DNA of 64,000 bases from Podarcis cretensis (Eukaryota), in assembly GCA_951804945.1 (NCBI GenBank), contig OX638150.1, forward strand, positions 66,030,001 to 66,094,000, given 5' to 3'. A program made the translations under genes and the position numbers. Below the pieces are notes generated by a model. It saw only the letters and a program-made list of their open reading frames with translations, was not told the DNA's origin and searched no databases. The stretch's first letter is position 1. Every line of letters starts with the position of its first letter. Below, piece by piece: positions 1 through 12,460 of this stretch.

Positions 1-191
1 GATTGAAATTGATTCCATGCAACTTGACCAGACAGAGCTCTAGCACTCTCCCGCCCCGGGGGGCAGGGGGAGTGCCTTATTTTGTTTTCATTTGTTGTCA
101 AAAGGGCCTCCAAAGCTAGAAATGGCCTGGGTCTCTCTGGACCTCTGAGAGGGCCTGTCCTTGAGATACTGCTGGTGCATCTTGAAGGGGA

Positions 192-236
<45 letters not shown>

Positions 237-652
237 TTATTACTTATAGCCCAGCCACTGGGTGGCTTCCAACAAAATATTAAAAATACAATCAAACATA
301 AGACATTAAAACTTCCCTAAACAGGGCTGCCTTCAGATATCTTCTAAAAGTCAGATAGTTGTTTATTTCTTTGACATCTGATGGGTGGGCGTTCCACAGG
401 GTGGGTGCCACTACCGAGAAGGCCCTCTGCCTGGTTCCCTGTAACCTCACTTCTCACAGTGAGGGAACCGCCAGAAGGCCCTCAGCACTGGACCTCAGTG
501 TCCGGGCAGAACGATGGGGGTGGAGATGCACCTTCAGGTATACTGGGCTGAGGCTGTTTAGGGCTTTAAAGGTCAGCACCAACACTTTGAATTGTGCTCG
601 GAAAAGTACTGGGAGCCAATGTAGGTCTTTCAGGACTGGTGTTATGTGGTCT
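192..652 (-). mobile_element. L2-clade LINE, 3' fragment with (ATT)n tail
   Basis: Minus strand encodes ...WLPVLFRAQFKVLVLTFKALN... (L2 ORF2 C-terminus). (AAT)n at 192-236 is the tail. Homologous to 18624-19040. Possible TSD tgaagggga/tgaaggaga. Confidence 0.85.
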
Positions 653-1554
653 CTTTATGAAGGAGATCTGTGATATATAGTGTAGTTCAAAGCTAATTTT
701 GACAGTGCGGAAGCATATAGACATCAATCGCTTATACATGCTGCTTGTACAGGTCTGTAGAGGATAAGAAACTGCGAACTAATCATCAGTTGTAGCAGCC
801 GTCATTAGTCTGTTTCCCTTCAGATGTATTGGACTAGAGCTGCCCTGGCTGGGCCTGATGGGAGTTGTAGTCCAAACTTCTGGAAGGCACCAGGTCAGTG
901 AAGGCCGAACTGCAGCCTTCTCTGTGAATACTCTATTTTGTATATTACCAGCTATATAGACGTGACCTATTAGGGACTTCATTGTCCAAGTCAGCAGAGT
1001 GAGTTGTTTCTACGGTCATACTTCCCCCCACTCATTCCACAGTAAAAAGAAAGAAATCTCTTGCCATCACTTCAGGCTGCTGCTTTCTTGATCTGTGTTT
1101 CACTTAGCAGCGCGCGAGAGAGTATCCAAGATACAGTTGCACTGTGTACTTGCTAGCCAGGCCCTCTTGAGGACGCTAGGGCAGTCCCTGCTCCCCTAGG
1201 GGCTGCCAAGAAATCTATTTCAGGAGACTAGGTGCCGATAATAATACAAACAAGCAAAAAGAGAGAGACTTCCTGCTAGGACTGATGCCGGTGGAGATGT
1301 CTACACATGCCTAAATTTCTTTGCTGATCATGTCGAATCAGAAAGGGACTTGGGAGTTTAATTCAATGGCTACCCAGGGAGAACTACCCAATAAGAGGCC
1401 TTAAAAAGTGAGTACCATTTCCTGTCTTAGATGTGAGTGAAATCGGGATGCAACAAGCCTGTTTTTCTATGATGGGTTCTAGGATGCATAGCGAAGGATC
1501 CTGGTTAATCACTTGATTAACCAGTGGTGCTGATGACCTCATTGGCTGGGGGAA

Positions 1555-1733
1555 GGGCCACAGCTCAGAGGTTGTTTTACATGCTGAATGTCCCACATTC
1601 AATCCCTGGCGCTACTAGAGTCCAATGTTTCAGGTAGGAAGTGATGGGGGGGGGGGAACCACTGCCTGGGAGCAGCTATCAGGCAGAGCAGGCAAGACTT
1701 GGCTGGTGGGAACAAATCAAGCAGTTCCTATGT
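1555..1733 (+). mobile_element. Degraded tRNA-derived SINE (Squam3-like)
   Basis: A/B-box-like head (agctcag...ttcaatccctggc) and GCAGTTCCTATGT tail similar to 8979-9169. Confidence 0.55.
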
Positions 1734-1781
1734 AGTTCCACCTTGTATTTATTATAGGCCTTAATTTTAACAAAGCTGATA

Positions 1782-2023
1782 CAGTGGTACCTTGGGTTAC
1801 ATACACTTCAGGTTACATATGCTTAAGGTTACAGACCCCGCTAACCCAGAAATAGTGCTTCAGGTTAAGAACTTTGCTTCAGGATGAGAACAGAAATTGT
1901 GCTCCGGCAGCACGGAGGCAGCAGGAGGCCCCATTAGCTAAAGTAGTGCTTCAGGTTAAGAGCAGTTTCAGGTTAAGAACGGACCTCCGGAACGAATTAA
2001 GTACTTAACCTGAGGTACCACTG
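1782..2023. mobile_element. Tc1/mariner-superfamily (Tigger/pogo-like) MITE
   Basis: Terminal inverted repeats (TIRs) CAGTGGTACCT...AGGTACCACTG with TA on both sides; near-identical to 17144-17369. Confidence 0.9.
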
Positions 2024-3651
2024 TACTTACTTGGGAGTAATTCACACTTTTTTTCCAATGAGACTCACTTCCCAGCATAGGTTTGTAACCTTGTTCCAAG
2101 CCCCATTACACTGCCCATCTCATCTTGTCCATTCTGCCTGCATACGAAAACAACATCGATCTATTTTAGCAGTATTTTAAACATTCTGGCATCTGCCCAA
2201 ACCTCTTGGCCATCCGTTTGCTTTCTGCATATGTTCACATACTTGTGTCACTTTATACTGTCAGGTCCATTTATCCTTATGCACACATTCAGAAATACAC
2301 ACGTCCATGCGGCTCGTGTCCTCACGATGTCTGTTCTGCCCAGCCCTTAAAAATAAATAAATCAGCAAACGCTTTAGGAAATGTGAACACCATGCCATAC
2401 ACAGGGTGCTATTCCTGCAACAGAGCAAGTAGAGATGTCACTCCACTTTCATCCTGCTCTGGCAAGACTTTTGTCCTCCTTATAATGATCTGTGGCTGGG
2501 CTGCTTGTGTTTATTTTTATTAAGTTGTACCCCACTTTATTTTTTACAGGAAGTATATTTTGCTGATCCTGAAGTTTCTTGGTTGTGCATGTTTCTCTTA
2601 TCTTCAAGTGCCACTATTAGTTTAAAGTGTGTATGTGTACCTGAAGTAGGAAATTTACAAACTATAGTTTCCCTGCAAACCCCGCAGACTCCCTCTCCAA
2701 TTCACTATGACCCTCTCACCTTGACCCATCTGAGTACATGGCACATCCCTTTGGGAGACACAAGAACATTAAGCCAGCCTATTGGATCTGACTGTTGTCT
2801 CTCCAAGGTTTCAGGCAGGGACATTCCCAACCCTTCTAGGAAATGCTGGAGATTAAAGCTGGGACTTTTCCCAAGTAAGGCAGATACTCTTGCTAGTAAT
2901 GGTGGAGAACTTTACCCCCACAGAGCCCCCAAATTATGTAATTTCTGGCTTCAAAAATATTCTGCGGCTATATCCATGAAGCAAAACCCTTGTTTGTGTA
3001 TTTTGTTTCTTTTTTCACAACATCTCTACACCACTTGTTGTTAGAAAAAACCCTCAAAGTAGTTTATATTTGATGACTTACATTTTGCATTCTGTTTCTG
3101 CTCAGCCATCCCCCATTGGTTAGAAGATTCAGGCAGAGAATTCTTTGTTCCTATGATATGAATAAAAATCTCTCTTGTTTTTTTGTTTGTTTTGTTTTGT
3201 TTTAACCTGAGCAATTTTAAGAGGGATCTGATAGTAGGCGATTTATTTGTTTAATTTGTAGAATTGCAGCCAGTCATACGTAACTAAGCCTGTTGAGAAG
3301 TCCCAGGATGCCACCTTGTGGGCGTCATGAAGCAGATTTCAATTCTCACATGAAGCAGAATTTTAATTTGAAAAGTCAAGACTAACTAGATAGGACAGCT
3401 CTAGGTTTATGGCAAATGGACTTGGAGGGTCTCATGTGCAGAAGATGTGCTGCATCCTTTCCCCCATCCATACTGCTCTTTGACTTTATTTTCTCCCGTG
3501 CTGGGCTTCAGGATTCTCTCTTATGCTAAGCCAGGCTTGCTAAGGACATTCAAATACTATTGCATTTGAAGCTTGCAGTCTTAAAGCAGCTCCAATAGTC
3601 TGTCTGTGTAGCTCAGTATTGTCTAGACTGGCAGATGATGACTCTTCAAAG

Positions 3652-4313
3652 CGGGGATGGGGAACCTCAGTCATGGGGGACAAATGTGGCACCCTTTCCT
3701 GGTCCTTGGGACTCTCCCCAGCCACACCTCTCCCAGACCCAGCCTGATGCTCTCCTTCCTCTTGCTTGCCTGGAGTTAGTGGTGTGCGAGTGTGTGTGGA
3801 AATGAGTCACAGGGCTGTCTTTACCCAGTGTGTGTGCAAATTATGGGTGTGTGTGGCAAATGTATTCGGGGGGGGCACCAAATGTATACCTACTGTATAC
3901 CAATCCCTCTTGATCGGCAGCAGTGAAAAGCAATGGAACGAAAGTCCCTGTCCCCCACGTCGCTCTGTTACTCCGTAGCGTCAAATATTCCCAGGGTTCC
4001 CAGGGAAAAGCAGTTATTTTTGCTGCGTCGTTGTTACAGGTGAGAGCGACAACAACTTTGGCTCCCCCCCTCCCCAAAAAAGCTCAACAACTTTGAGGGC
4101 CCCCCTAAAAATATGGGGGTGGCTAAATAAAATTTGGGGGCACTGGGCGGATCTTTGCACCCTGTCGGCGCATATGCTAAAGGCGGCCCGAATGGGCCAA
4201 GTAGCCAAAGGTAAAATATATATACATTGTCCCACCCACCACTGCCATGTGGCCCCCAGAAAGTTGCTTGGAAAGGAATGTGGCCCTCTGGCTGAAAAAG
4301 TCACCCACTCCTG
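3652..4313. mobile_element. Non-autonomous hAT-type DNA transposon (composite)
   Basis: Perfect 8-bp TSD CTTCAAAG (3644-3651 and 4314-4321); imperfect TIRs CGGGGATGGGGAAC / GTCACCCACTCCTG. Confidence 0.75.
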
Positions 4314-4518
4314 CTTCAAAGTGTCGGCTGGTACCTGCTACCTGCTACCTAATGCTGGTTTCTCTTCAAACTGGAATGTTCAGGGGTTGCATTGGGGACC
4401 TTTTGCATACAAACGATGGTGTGGTTTCAGCACCCCTTCCTGCCCGAGGTTTATACCAGATTTATACCAGTTTGGGACCCAACCTGCATTCTGACACAGT
4501 TGGTTCTACTATTGCGCC

Positions 4519-4707
4519 CACAGGAGCCAACTCCTAGGGGCTGAGGTCCCTTTGTTCTCCCAATAAAATATTTAAGGGGGCTGGGCCCCCCCTCAAAGTT
4601 GATGGACATTGCCATTCAAATAGTGTGTGTGCAGCAAGTCATGTGATCATTTATGAGGGGTGGGGCTTACCTGCTCCCCCTGTATTTTATTCAAGTTGAC
4701 ACCTCTG
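4519..4707. mobile_element. Non-autonomous hAT-type element
   Basis: TSD ATTGCGCC/ATTGTGCC; TIRs CACAGGAGCCAACT / AGTTGACACCTCTG. Confidence 0.6.
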
Positions 4708-5101
4708 ATTGTGCCCAAGAGTGGGTGTAAATCTGTGGCCTCCTATCATGTACCAGTGTTACTAGGTGCATACACAGTGTGCTGCAGAAATGAAGCCCCT
4801 CTTCCCAATGGTTCTACCCCACAGCTCCTCCCATTTGTGATGTCCCATCCCACTGTTATTTTACACATGCTTTGCAAATGGCACCTAACTATATTGGAGG
4901 CAAATCTGCACACTGTTGGGCCTCAGTGGATAAAGATGGTTCTCTAATCTGTTGAGATGTCTTATCTCTAAGGGAAAATTGCAAATGGTAGGAGTAGGAC
5001 TGGCTCCGTGAGTGCCTCCAGGCTGTCAGTAGTATTTTGTGAGAGGGATTCAAGCTTCTTTCACACATCTAAAGTGATTCAAGTGCTTTGTCACCCTAGG
5101 G

Positions 5102-5237
5102 CAGCCTTTCTCAACCTTGGGGCCCCAGATGTTGTTGAACTACAACTCCCATCATCCCTAGTTACCAGGACCAGTGGTTAGGGATGGTGGGAGTTGTAGT
5201 TCAACAATATCTGGGACCCCAAGGTTGAGAAAGGCTG
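5102..5237. mobile_element. Palindromic hAT-type MITE
   Basis: Near-perfect foldback (CAGCCTTTCTCAACCTTGGGG...CCCCAAGGTTGAGAAAGGCTG); TSD CCCTAGGG/CCCTAGTG. Degraded relatives at about 810-905, 7100-7235, 8490-8600, 10420-10515 and 31150-31225. Confidence 0.85.
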
Positions 5238-6180
5238 CCCTAGTGCAACAGATCCACTTTTTAAAAAGTGGACTTTTTACAGGTTGGAAAGAGATGGTGA
5301 AATACTGTACATTGAAAAAGGTGGGAGGATAGGATGATTAATGGGAAGACATGTAAACATCTTGCCTGCAAGCAAATCAGGATGAGTGCAGGATGCATGC
5401 TCGTTGCCACCCTGCAAACTAATGAGAAGAAATGCTCAATAAAGACCAGATTTAGGTCACATTCACAACATACATTCAAAACACTATGATGCCACTTTAA
5501 ACAGCCATCTCTTCCCCCCTAAGTATTGTGGGAACTGTAGTTTGTTAAGTGTGTTGTTAGGAAACCCTAATTGCCTGCACATAGTTCTCAGAGCGGTGTA
5601 ACAGTCAATTCCTCTTCACAGGGAACCCTGGGAATTGTAGCTCTGCCTATGCTTATGCAAAAGATTTCTGTGTGTGCAGTGCATATATAACTCTAGCATA
5701 TATTTGGATGTAGTGTATAAATTGGCTATTTTTTCATGTGGATAAAGATAGTTTTCAGGTGTGCAGAAAAATCTAACCACAGAAGCGACAGCCTCCACCC
5801 TCAGCTTCATATTTCAGTGCTCCCAAGCATCCTATTGAGGGTGCATATTTGCATTTCTTTTGTTCAGTTGTAATTGCAGTTTGAGATCTGTTTTGTGTTA
5901 AGAATAAGGTCAGTACTGGACAAAATCAGGGCATTTCAACCTGTACTGTGTGCCTCTGAGCAGGTGGCAAGTATCCTGGTCTTTGTCCTGCCCCACCCCC
6001 TTTGCTTCAGGGTTAAAGCTAAGCCACTTTTTGTATTTGGAAAATGTTGGGCTGGTTGTAAGTTGCTCACCTTACCTTTATCAACAAGCCCTCAAAACTG
6101 AATGAGATCTACAATGCTTTGAGAGGCATAAAATCACAGACAGCTCTCTACTAAATTCCTGGTCCCAAAGTGTTTGTTGC

Positions 6181-6312
6181 CTTGTAGCTCAGTCAGTAGA
6201 GCATGAGACTTAATCTCAGGGTCGTGGGTTGCGCAAAATATTCCTACATTGCAGCGGGCTGGACTAGATGTCGCTTGGGGTCCCTTCCAACTCTACGCTT
6301 CTGTGATTCTAT
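6181..6312 (+). mobile_element. tRNA-headed SINE with CR1-type tail (Squam2-like)
   Basis: tRNA-Lys-like head TAGCTCAGTCAGTAGAGCATGAGACTTAATCTCAGGGTCGTGGGTT followed by CR1 3' end GGTCCCTTCCAACTCT...GATTCT. Confidence 0.75.
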
Positions 6313-6690
6313 TACCCTTGTTGCTGCACACAAACAAAAAAATTGCATCTCCGAAGCCAGCTCTTGTGTGTACAGCTGCATATACCTGCAAAAAAAAAGT
6401 TTGCAAAGCTGCTTTGCTCCACTACTGTCAGTAGGCGGCAGCAAAGCCAATCTCAAGTGTTTTCTGAAACTTGTTGCAAAAGGTTAACGCCATGATTTGC
6501 TGCTGACCATATGTTACATTATTAAGACTGTTTAGCAGACATAGCCACCCTGTGTTGAACAACTCAGCCTGCCAACTTAACATAATCTGGCGATGGGCTA
6601 TTAATATGGTAACACTGAAGGAGCTGTCTTATACTGATCCATACCAATGGATTCATCTAGCCTGTTTCTGTGCACACTGATTATGAGGAG

Positions 6691-6887
6691 GGAACAAAGC
6701 TCAGTAGGATATATTTTGCAAGCAGAAAACCCCAAGTTCCATTTCATGCATCTACATTTGAAAGAACTAGGTGATGGCGAAGACTTCCACGTGACATCCT
6801 GGAGACTGATGTTGCCACCCAGAGTAGGCAACATTGAGCTTAATGGACAGTCTTAGCCTGGTATCAGACAGCTTTCTATATTCCTAT
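6691..6887 (+). mobile_element. Degraded Squam3-like SINE
   Basis: agctcagtagg head, central gtaggcaacattgagct and cagctttctatattcctat tail align by eye to 8979-9169. Confidence 0.55.
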
Positions 6888-8112
6888 CCACTGCCATTGT
6901 TGAATAGTTAATGCCAGAATTCTTATACTGACCCTCAGAAGATCTGAGGAACACCACAATATCACTTGTACCACTTCATAGTTTGCTTTGCTCTAGCCAG
7001 AATGAAATCCACACCACTAACCTCATACATGAGGGGAAACACACTGAAATAAACTTTGAATGGTACAATGGATATCTCAGAGGATTTGCACCAAGGGTGA
7101 GAACTTGTGGTTCTCTTCCAGATGTTCCTGGACTAGAAATCCCATCATCCCTAATGATTGGCTGTGCTGACTGGGGCTGATGGGAGTTGGGGTACAACAA
7201 TATCTGGAAGGCCATAAGTTCCCTCATCCACTTGTGTAGTGCATTTGGCACAGGCTGATGCACCATAATGCAGAGTAATTGGAAGTGCTGGCTATGTCTA
7301 GCAGTTATGGTTCACAAAATGCAGAAGTCTGTTTTCCTGTAGTTGTTCTTGTTTAATATAGAGGTCATTGGCCAGCTCATGTTTGTAAGAGCGGAAATAC
7401 TATGTCGTGAGATCTTATACAGATGCAGATACTGTCTACAGTTCCATATGGCAAAAGGAAATATCCTCATGAAAGTACGGTGTGTTTTACAGCACCCTAT
7501 CGGTAAATTATATCTGTGCATAACAATCACCTTTCTGCCATAGTTTAACCTGCTGATAATTTCCATGGTGAATATGATAACAGAGGCATGGAACTGTGTT
7601 TATGCCACCTGCCCACTACATTTCCAAAGTGATGAGGTCTTCAAATGAATGTATGATCTTTCTCATGTGTCCCCCCATTTTTTCCACGTAGTAGCAGACG
7701 ACACTGAAGATTTTGGCAGAGCAGCTGTAGATAAAGGGAAGGGAAGCCTCACTGGCATGCTGAATAAGACTCTTCTTTTCTGCCAAGTCATGGATTCTCT
7801 CCACAGTCCTGTGAGCTATGGCTGTTCAGCTCTCACGAAAAGCTCCACTGAAAGTCAAGGTTTCATAGGATATATGTGCAGGAGCCTAAGGGAGCAGACA
7901 AATGGAAGTTTGCCTAGTACTGCCTCTTGTCATTAAAAAAAGACAATGCATGCTAGTCCTTGCTGCTGGCGATAGCATATGTCTGGATAAAGGCTAGTTC
8001 TAGGAACATCCTTTGTACAGCCTGTGCCTGCTGAGATTCTAGGCAAATGTATTTTTGTGTAGGTTTTATTTAGTAAATTATGTTCCTCTTAGTCACTTTT
8101 CTGATTTCTAAC

Positions 8113-8270
8113 CAGGGTTCAAATCCCCACTCAGCCATGAAGACCACTAGGCAACCTTGGGCCAGTCATTGTCTCTCAGCTAGCCCACCTCCCAATGTTG
8201 TTGTGAGGATGAAACGGAAAAGGGCACTTTGAGCTACTTGCAGGAAAGATGGAATATAAATGTAATAATA
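8113..8270 (+). mobile_element. MIR/CORE-type SINE fragment
   Basis: CAGGGTTCAAATCCCCACTCAGCCATGAAG...CCTTGGGCCAGTCA...GTTGTTGTGAGGAT; same family as 9647-9860 and 47893-48073. Confidence 0.7.
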
Positions 8271-8978
8271 ATAATTCAGTGATGTACAAAAAGGGTAAAT
8301 CCACATCAAACAGTGAGCAAAAAAAAAAAAGCAACAATATGAAATCATTAAAAATTTACATCAGCCATTAAGGTTCAGTATAAAACCCTATTATCAGCCA
8401 CTGTCAAAAATCCCAGCTTTTGCTTTCAAAATAAATAAGCCCAAGCATTACAAATATGCGTATGTTTACTTTATTTGCATAATATGGGGACAGGGAACTT
8501 GATGGCTCCAAGTCCCATCAGCTCCAGCCAGCATCCCCAGTGGTCAGGACTGATAGGAGTTGTAGCCTGACAACATTGGGAAGGCTGCAGATTCGCTACT
8601 CTTTAGTGTGTCCTGGCTGGACCACTTGAATTTTCATAGAGGTCTGAATATTTTAGCATGAAACTCAGTGCTGTCATTTGAAGTGTGTGCTGTTACAAAA
8701 AAGCCTGATATCCTGCTTTGCAGTGCACACCATCACAGAGATAACTGGAGCCTCAAAATGAATGCACAAAGTGCTTACAGTCTGATAACGGTGCTTCTCT
8801 AGACATCCCCTCCTTTCCGAATTTTGAAAATTGCCTGCTTGGACAGCATCTGTGCACAGCTTGCCTTCCTCTTCCAAACACATCTCTTACTTAGCATTCC
8901 AGGCTCACCAAATGAAGAACCACTCAACCTCTTTTTGCCTCTCACCAACCCCTTTCCTTCATTTAAAGTAATCTAGCA

Positions 8979-9169
8979 GGGACAAGCTCAGTGGTAGAGT
9001 GTCTGTTTTGCATGAGAAGGTTCCTGGTTCAATCCTCAGCATCTCCAGGTAGGGCTAGGAAAGATTCCCTGTCTGAAATACTGTAAAGACATTGTCAGTC
9101 CGTGCAAAAATATATTGAGCTAGGTGGACCAACGGTCTGATACAGTATAAAACAGCTTCCTACGTTCCT
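8979..9169 (+). mobile_element. Squam3-like tRNA-derived SINE, full length
   Basis: A box AGCTCAGTGGTAGAG, B box GGTTCAATCC, tail CAGCTTCCTACGTTCCT. Confidence 0.8.
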
Positions 9170-9646
9170 CTCATAGTGTTAGCACTGATGATCACAACCA
9201 CCTGGGAAAACAGCATGTACACCCTACTGGCTACTCCAGTGGCCCTGATCTTGCAGTGTGATAGCTGCTGGGCCCCCAATGTCCCTCCACTGTCAGGCTC
9301 CATCAATGCATGTTGCATGCACTGTCATTGTCCTCCTCCCAACTCTGCCCTGCTCTGAGCTATCTCTAAGGCATTGGATGTTGCCGGTCTCAGGAACCCC
9401 ACCCAGCCTGATCAGCCTAAGATGAAGTTAGCAGTGCCTGCCCCGTACTGATTACATGCCTGGGTACATCATTTCACAGAGATGGCTCTTTATCATGGAC
9501 AGAGTACTGCTGGCTCATTCATTCATTCATCATCAGTGGAACTCTGTTTGGCCTTTCTGCAACACAGCTCAAAGCATTCTGTGTGGCTCTTGCTCTTTTT
9601 TGGAAAGCTTCGACAGAAGTCTGTCTTGGTATTCAAAAGCAAGCTT

Positions 9647-9860
9647 TATTTTATTTATTATTGCATTTATATCCCACCTTTCCTCCAAGAGTTCTCCCCT
9701 TCCCCATTTTCTCCTCACAACAACCATTAATCAGAAGATTAAGCTGAGAGACCACGATGGGCCCAAAGTCACCCAGTAAGACTTCATGGCTGAGTGGGGA
9801 TTTGAACCTTGGTCTCCCTGGTCCTAGTCCAACACTCTAACCCCTACACCAAATTGGCTC
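9647..9860 (-). mobile_element. MIR/CORE-type SINE
   Basis: Reverse complement of GGTTAGAGTGTTGGACTAGGACC...GGTTCAAATCCCCACTCAGCCATGAAG; AT-rich tail at the left. Confidence 0.75.
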
Positions 9861-10093
9861 TCCAACACTTTTTCAAGTCTGTAGATGGATAGAACCTTAC
9901 CATAGGAAGAAGGAGCAGCTCCTTGAGCTTGTTTCTCAATTGACATATTCTTGTTTCATGTTCTTATCAGTTCATTGAAATTACCTAACATCTGCAGATT
10001 AGATGAAATCTCTAGCTGAGCATCACAGATTCAATCCCCATTTAAATAAATAAATAAACTTCAGGTACCTTTGCTAGGTACACATATCATGTA

Positions 10094-10298
10094 AAAAGGT
10101 AAGGGGACCCCTGACCGTTAGGTCCAGTCGTGACCGACTCTGGGGTTGTGGCGGTCATCTCACTTTATTGGCGGAGGGAGCTGGCATACAGCTTCCGGGT
10201 CATGTGGCCAGCATGACTAAGCCGCTTCTGCCGAACCAGAGCAGTGCACGGAAACACCGTTTACCTTCCCGCCGGAGCGGTATTTATTTATCTACTTG
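10094..10298 (-). mobile_element. Sauria SINE, 5'-truncated
   Basis: Reverse complement of the 3' half of 44615-44961 with the ACCTTT tail; homology stops at CAAGTAGATAAATA. Confidence 0.9.
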
Positions 10299-11284
10299 GA
10301 CATTGGGCATTGGGGTGTATTAGTTCCTGTGAAGGGTGTTAGGCAATGAGGTCTAGCAGTCCCTCTGCCAGATGCTGGGCCATGGTTTGGGGATCTCTGA
10401 CCTTTCTGATGATATTGAATTCCAACTCCCATCAGCCTCAGTCAGCATTGCCAATTGACAGGGATGATGGGAATTGTAGTCCAACAACTTTGGGAGGGCC
10501 ACAGGTTAGCCACCCCTAGACTAAGTAATGAAAAATATCATATATTTAGGATTGATGGCTAACACATGTGTCAGCAGACTAGTTGAGAAAACCAATCAGG
10601 CAGTGTGTGATATTAGCAGCCCACTATAACATGGCACAAGAGCGTGGATAAAGGATGCCCCTTGCTCCTCTCCACCTTCCCTGAAAATGATTGCCTTAGG
10701 TAATTTAATGAAAAGTTATTTTGCCTCCCTGCAGTGACTCAGTATGTTTAATGCTGTCTGATAACTAGAGTCCATCTCTGAACTATGGAGGGCCTGGAGT
10801 TTATCTGTTGGTGGCGATGAGAACTGTAGAGGATAATTATTTAGGACAATAGCTGATAATTTCAGCTAAGCTCAGCATTGTCTTGCCTGGAATTATGGCT
10901 ATCAGTTGCAAGGTGAAAGGATGGAGAACGATGGCCGGGGGAGAGGGGAGGGGAATGGAAGACTTTCAAGGCAAGGCAATGGCTGTTTCCATGGCAAAAT
11001 AACCAGACAGATATCTTAAGGAATCAACAGGGAGCTTAAAATCTCAATGAAAAGGAGGAATTATAAACAGGACAGGCACTTTCTCAAAGACTGAGCTAAT
11101 AGAACCCCACGAAGGGAGAAAGAAGCTGGGTGGGGGCAATTTGGATCAGGGAAATAATGGGCACCTATTTTGCCCTCCTTCTCTGGTGCTCTCAGAGCAG
11201 ACTTTCATGGGGGGAAAGAAGGAGGGTTCTGGGTTCAGTGATATGCATTAGCTAGTGTGTAACATGTAGTTTGGCCTTAATGTA

Positions 11285-12460
11285 TTAGAACATAAGACAA
11301 GCCTGCTGGATCTGACCAATGGGCCCATCTCGTCTGGCATCCTGTTCCCACAGTGGTCAAGCAAATGCCTGTGGGAAACCCGCAAGAAGGGCATGAGCAC
11401 AAGAGCATTCTCCCTGCCTGTGGCCTCCCGCATTATTGCCTCTACCTAATAGGCATTGATAGCCTTCGCTATGAAATTGCCCAATCTTTTTTTAAAGCCA
11501 TCTAAGTTAGCAGCCATCACTGCCTCCTATGGGAGTGACTTCCAGAGTTGCTTTCTTTTATCTGTTCTGAATCTTCCAACATTCAGCTTCATTGGAGGGC
11601 CATGAGTTCTAGTGTTATGAGAGGGGCAGAAAAACTACTTCCTCCATCCCATCCCATGCATATTTTTATAAACTTCAGTCATGTCACTCCCGCTTGCCTT
11701 TTCTCTGACATGAGCCAACAGTGTGACGCGGCAGCTAAAAAAGCCAATGCAATTCTGGGCTGCATCAATAGGAGTATAGCATCTAGATCAAGGGAAGTAA
11801 TAGTGCCACTGTATTCTGCTCTGGTCAGACCTCACCTGGAGTACTGTGTCCAGTTCTGGGCACCACAGTTCAAGAAGGACACTGACAAACTGGAACGTGT
11901 CCAGAGGAGGGCAACCAAAATGGTCAAAGGCCTGGAAACGATGCCTTATGAGGAACGGCTAAGGGAGCTGGGCATGTTTAGCCTGGAGAAGAGGAGGTTA
12001 AGGGGTGATATGATAGCCATGTTCAAATATATAAAAGGATGTCACATAGAGGAGGGAGAAAGGTTGTTTTCTGCTGCTCCAGAGAAGCGGACACGGAGCA
12101 ATGGTTCCAAACTACAAGAAAAAAGATTCCACCTAAACATTAGGAAGAACTTCCTGACAGTAAGAGCTGTTTGACAGTGGAATTTGCTGCCAAGGAGTGT
12201 GGTGGAGTCTCCTTCTTTGGAGGTCTTTAAGCAGAGGCTTGACAACCATATGTCAGGAGTGCTCTGATGGTGTTTCCTGCTTGGCAGGGGGTTGGACTCG
12301 GTGGCCCTTGTGGTCTCTTCCAACTCTATGATTCTGAACCGAAAAGTCCCAAATGCTGCAACCTTTCCTCATCCCTTTTGCTCATTTTGCTTGCCCTGTT
12401 CTGAACTTCACCTTATCCAGTAATATCCTTTTTGAGGTGAGGCAACCAGAACTGTACACA
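11285..12460 (-). mobile_element. Older CR1 LINE 3' region, interrupted by a younger CR1
   Basis: AGAACATAAG tail (minus), GCCTGCTGGATC...AAAGCCATCTAAG CR1 3' signature. Host resumes after 12337 (AAAAGTCCCAAATGCTGCAACCTTTCCTC...GAGGCAACCAGAACTGTACAC). Confidence 0.75.
11709..12334 (+). mobile_element. Young CR1 LINE, 5'-truncated (ORF2 C-terminus + 3'UTR)
   Basis: Encodes [52 protein letters not shown]...[12 protein letters not shown]-type CR1 ORF2 end; tail CAACTCTATGATTCT; TSD TCTGA (11704-11708 / 12333-12337). Confidence 0.95.

Noticed and set aside
1366-1413. ATGGCTACCCAGG, identical to the first 13 nt of the LARP1 CDS, followed by a GTGAGT donor-like site
   Set aside because: Similarity ends after 13 nt and the frame stops after 12 codons; most likely chance.
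6184-6230. tRNA-like sequences here and at SINE heads (8985, 18481, 44615, 50786, 62580)
   Set aside because: No complete cloverleaf; they continue directly into SINE bodies, so they are not tRNA genes.
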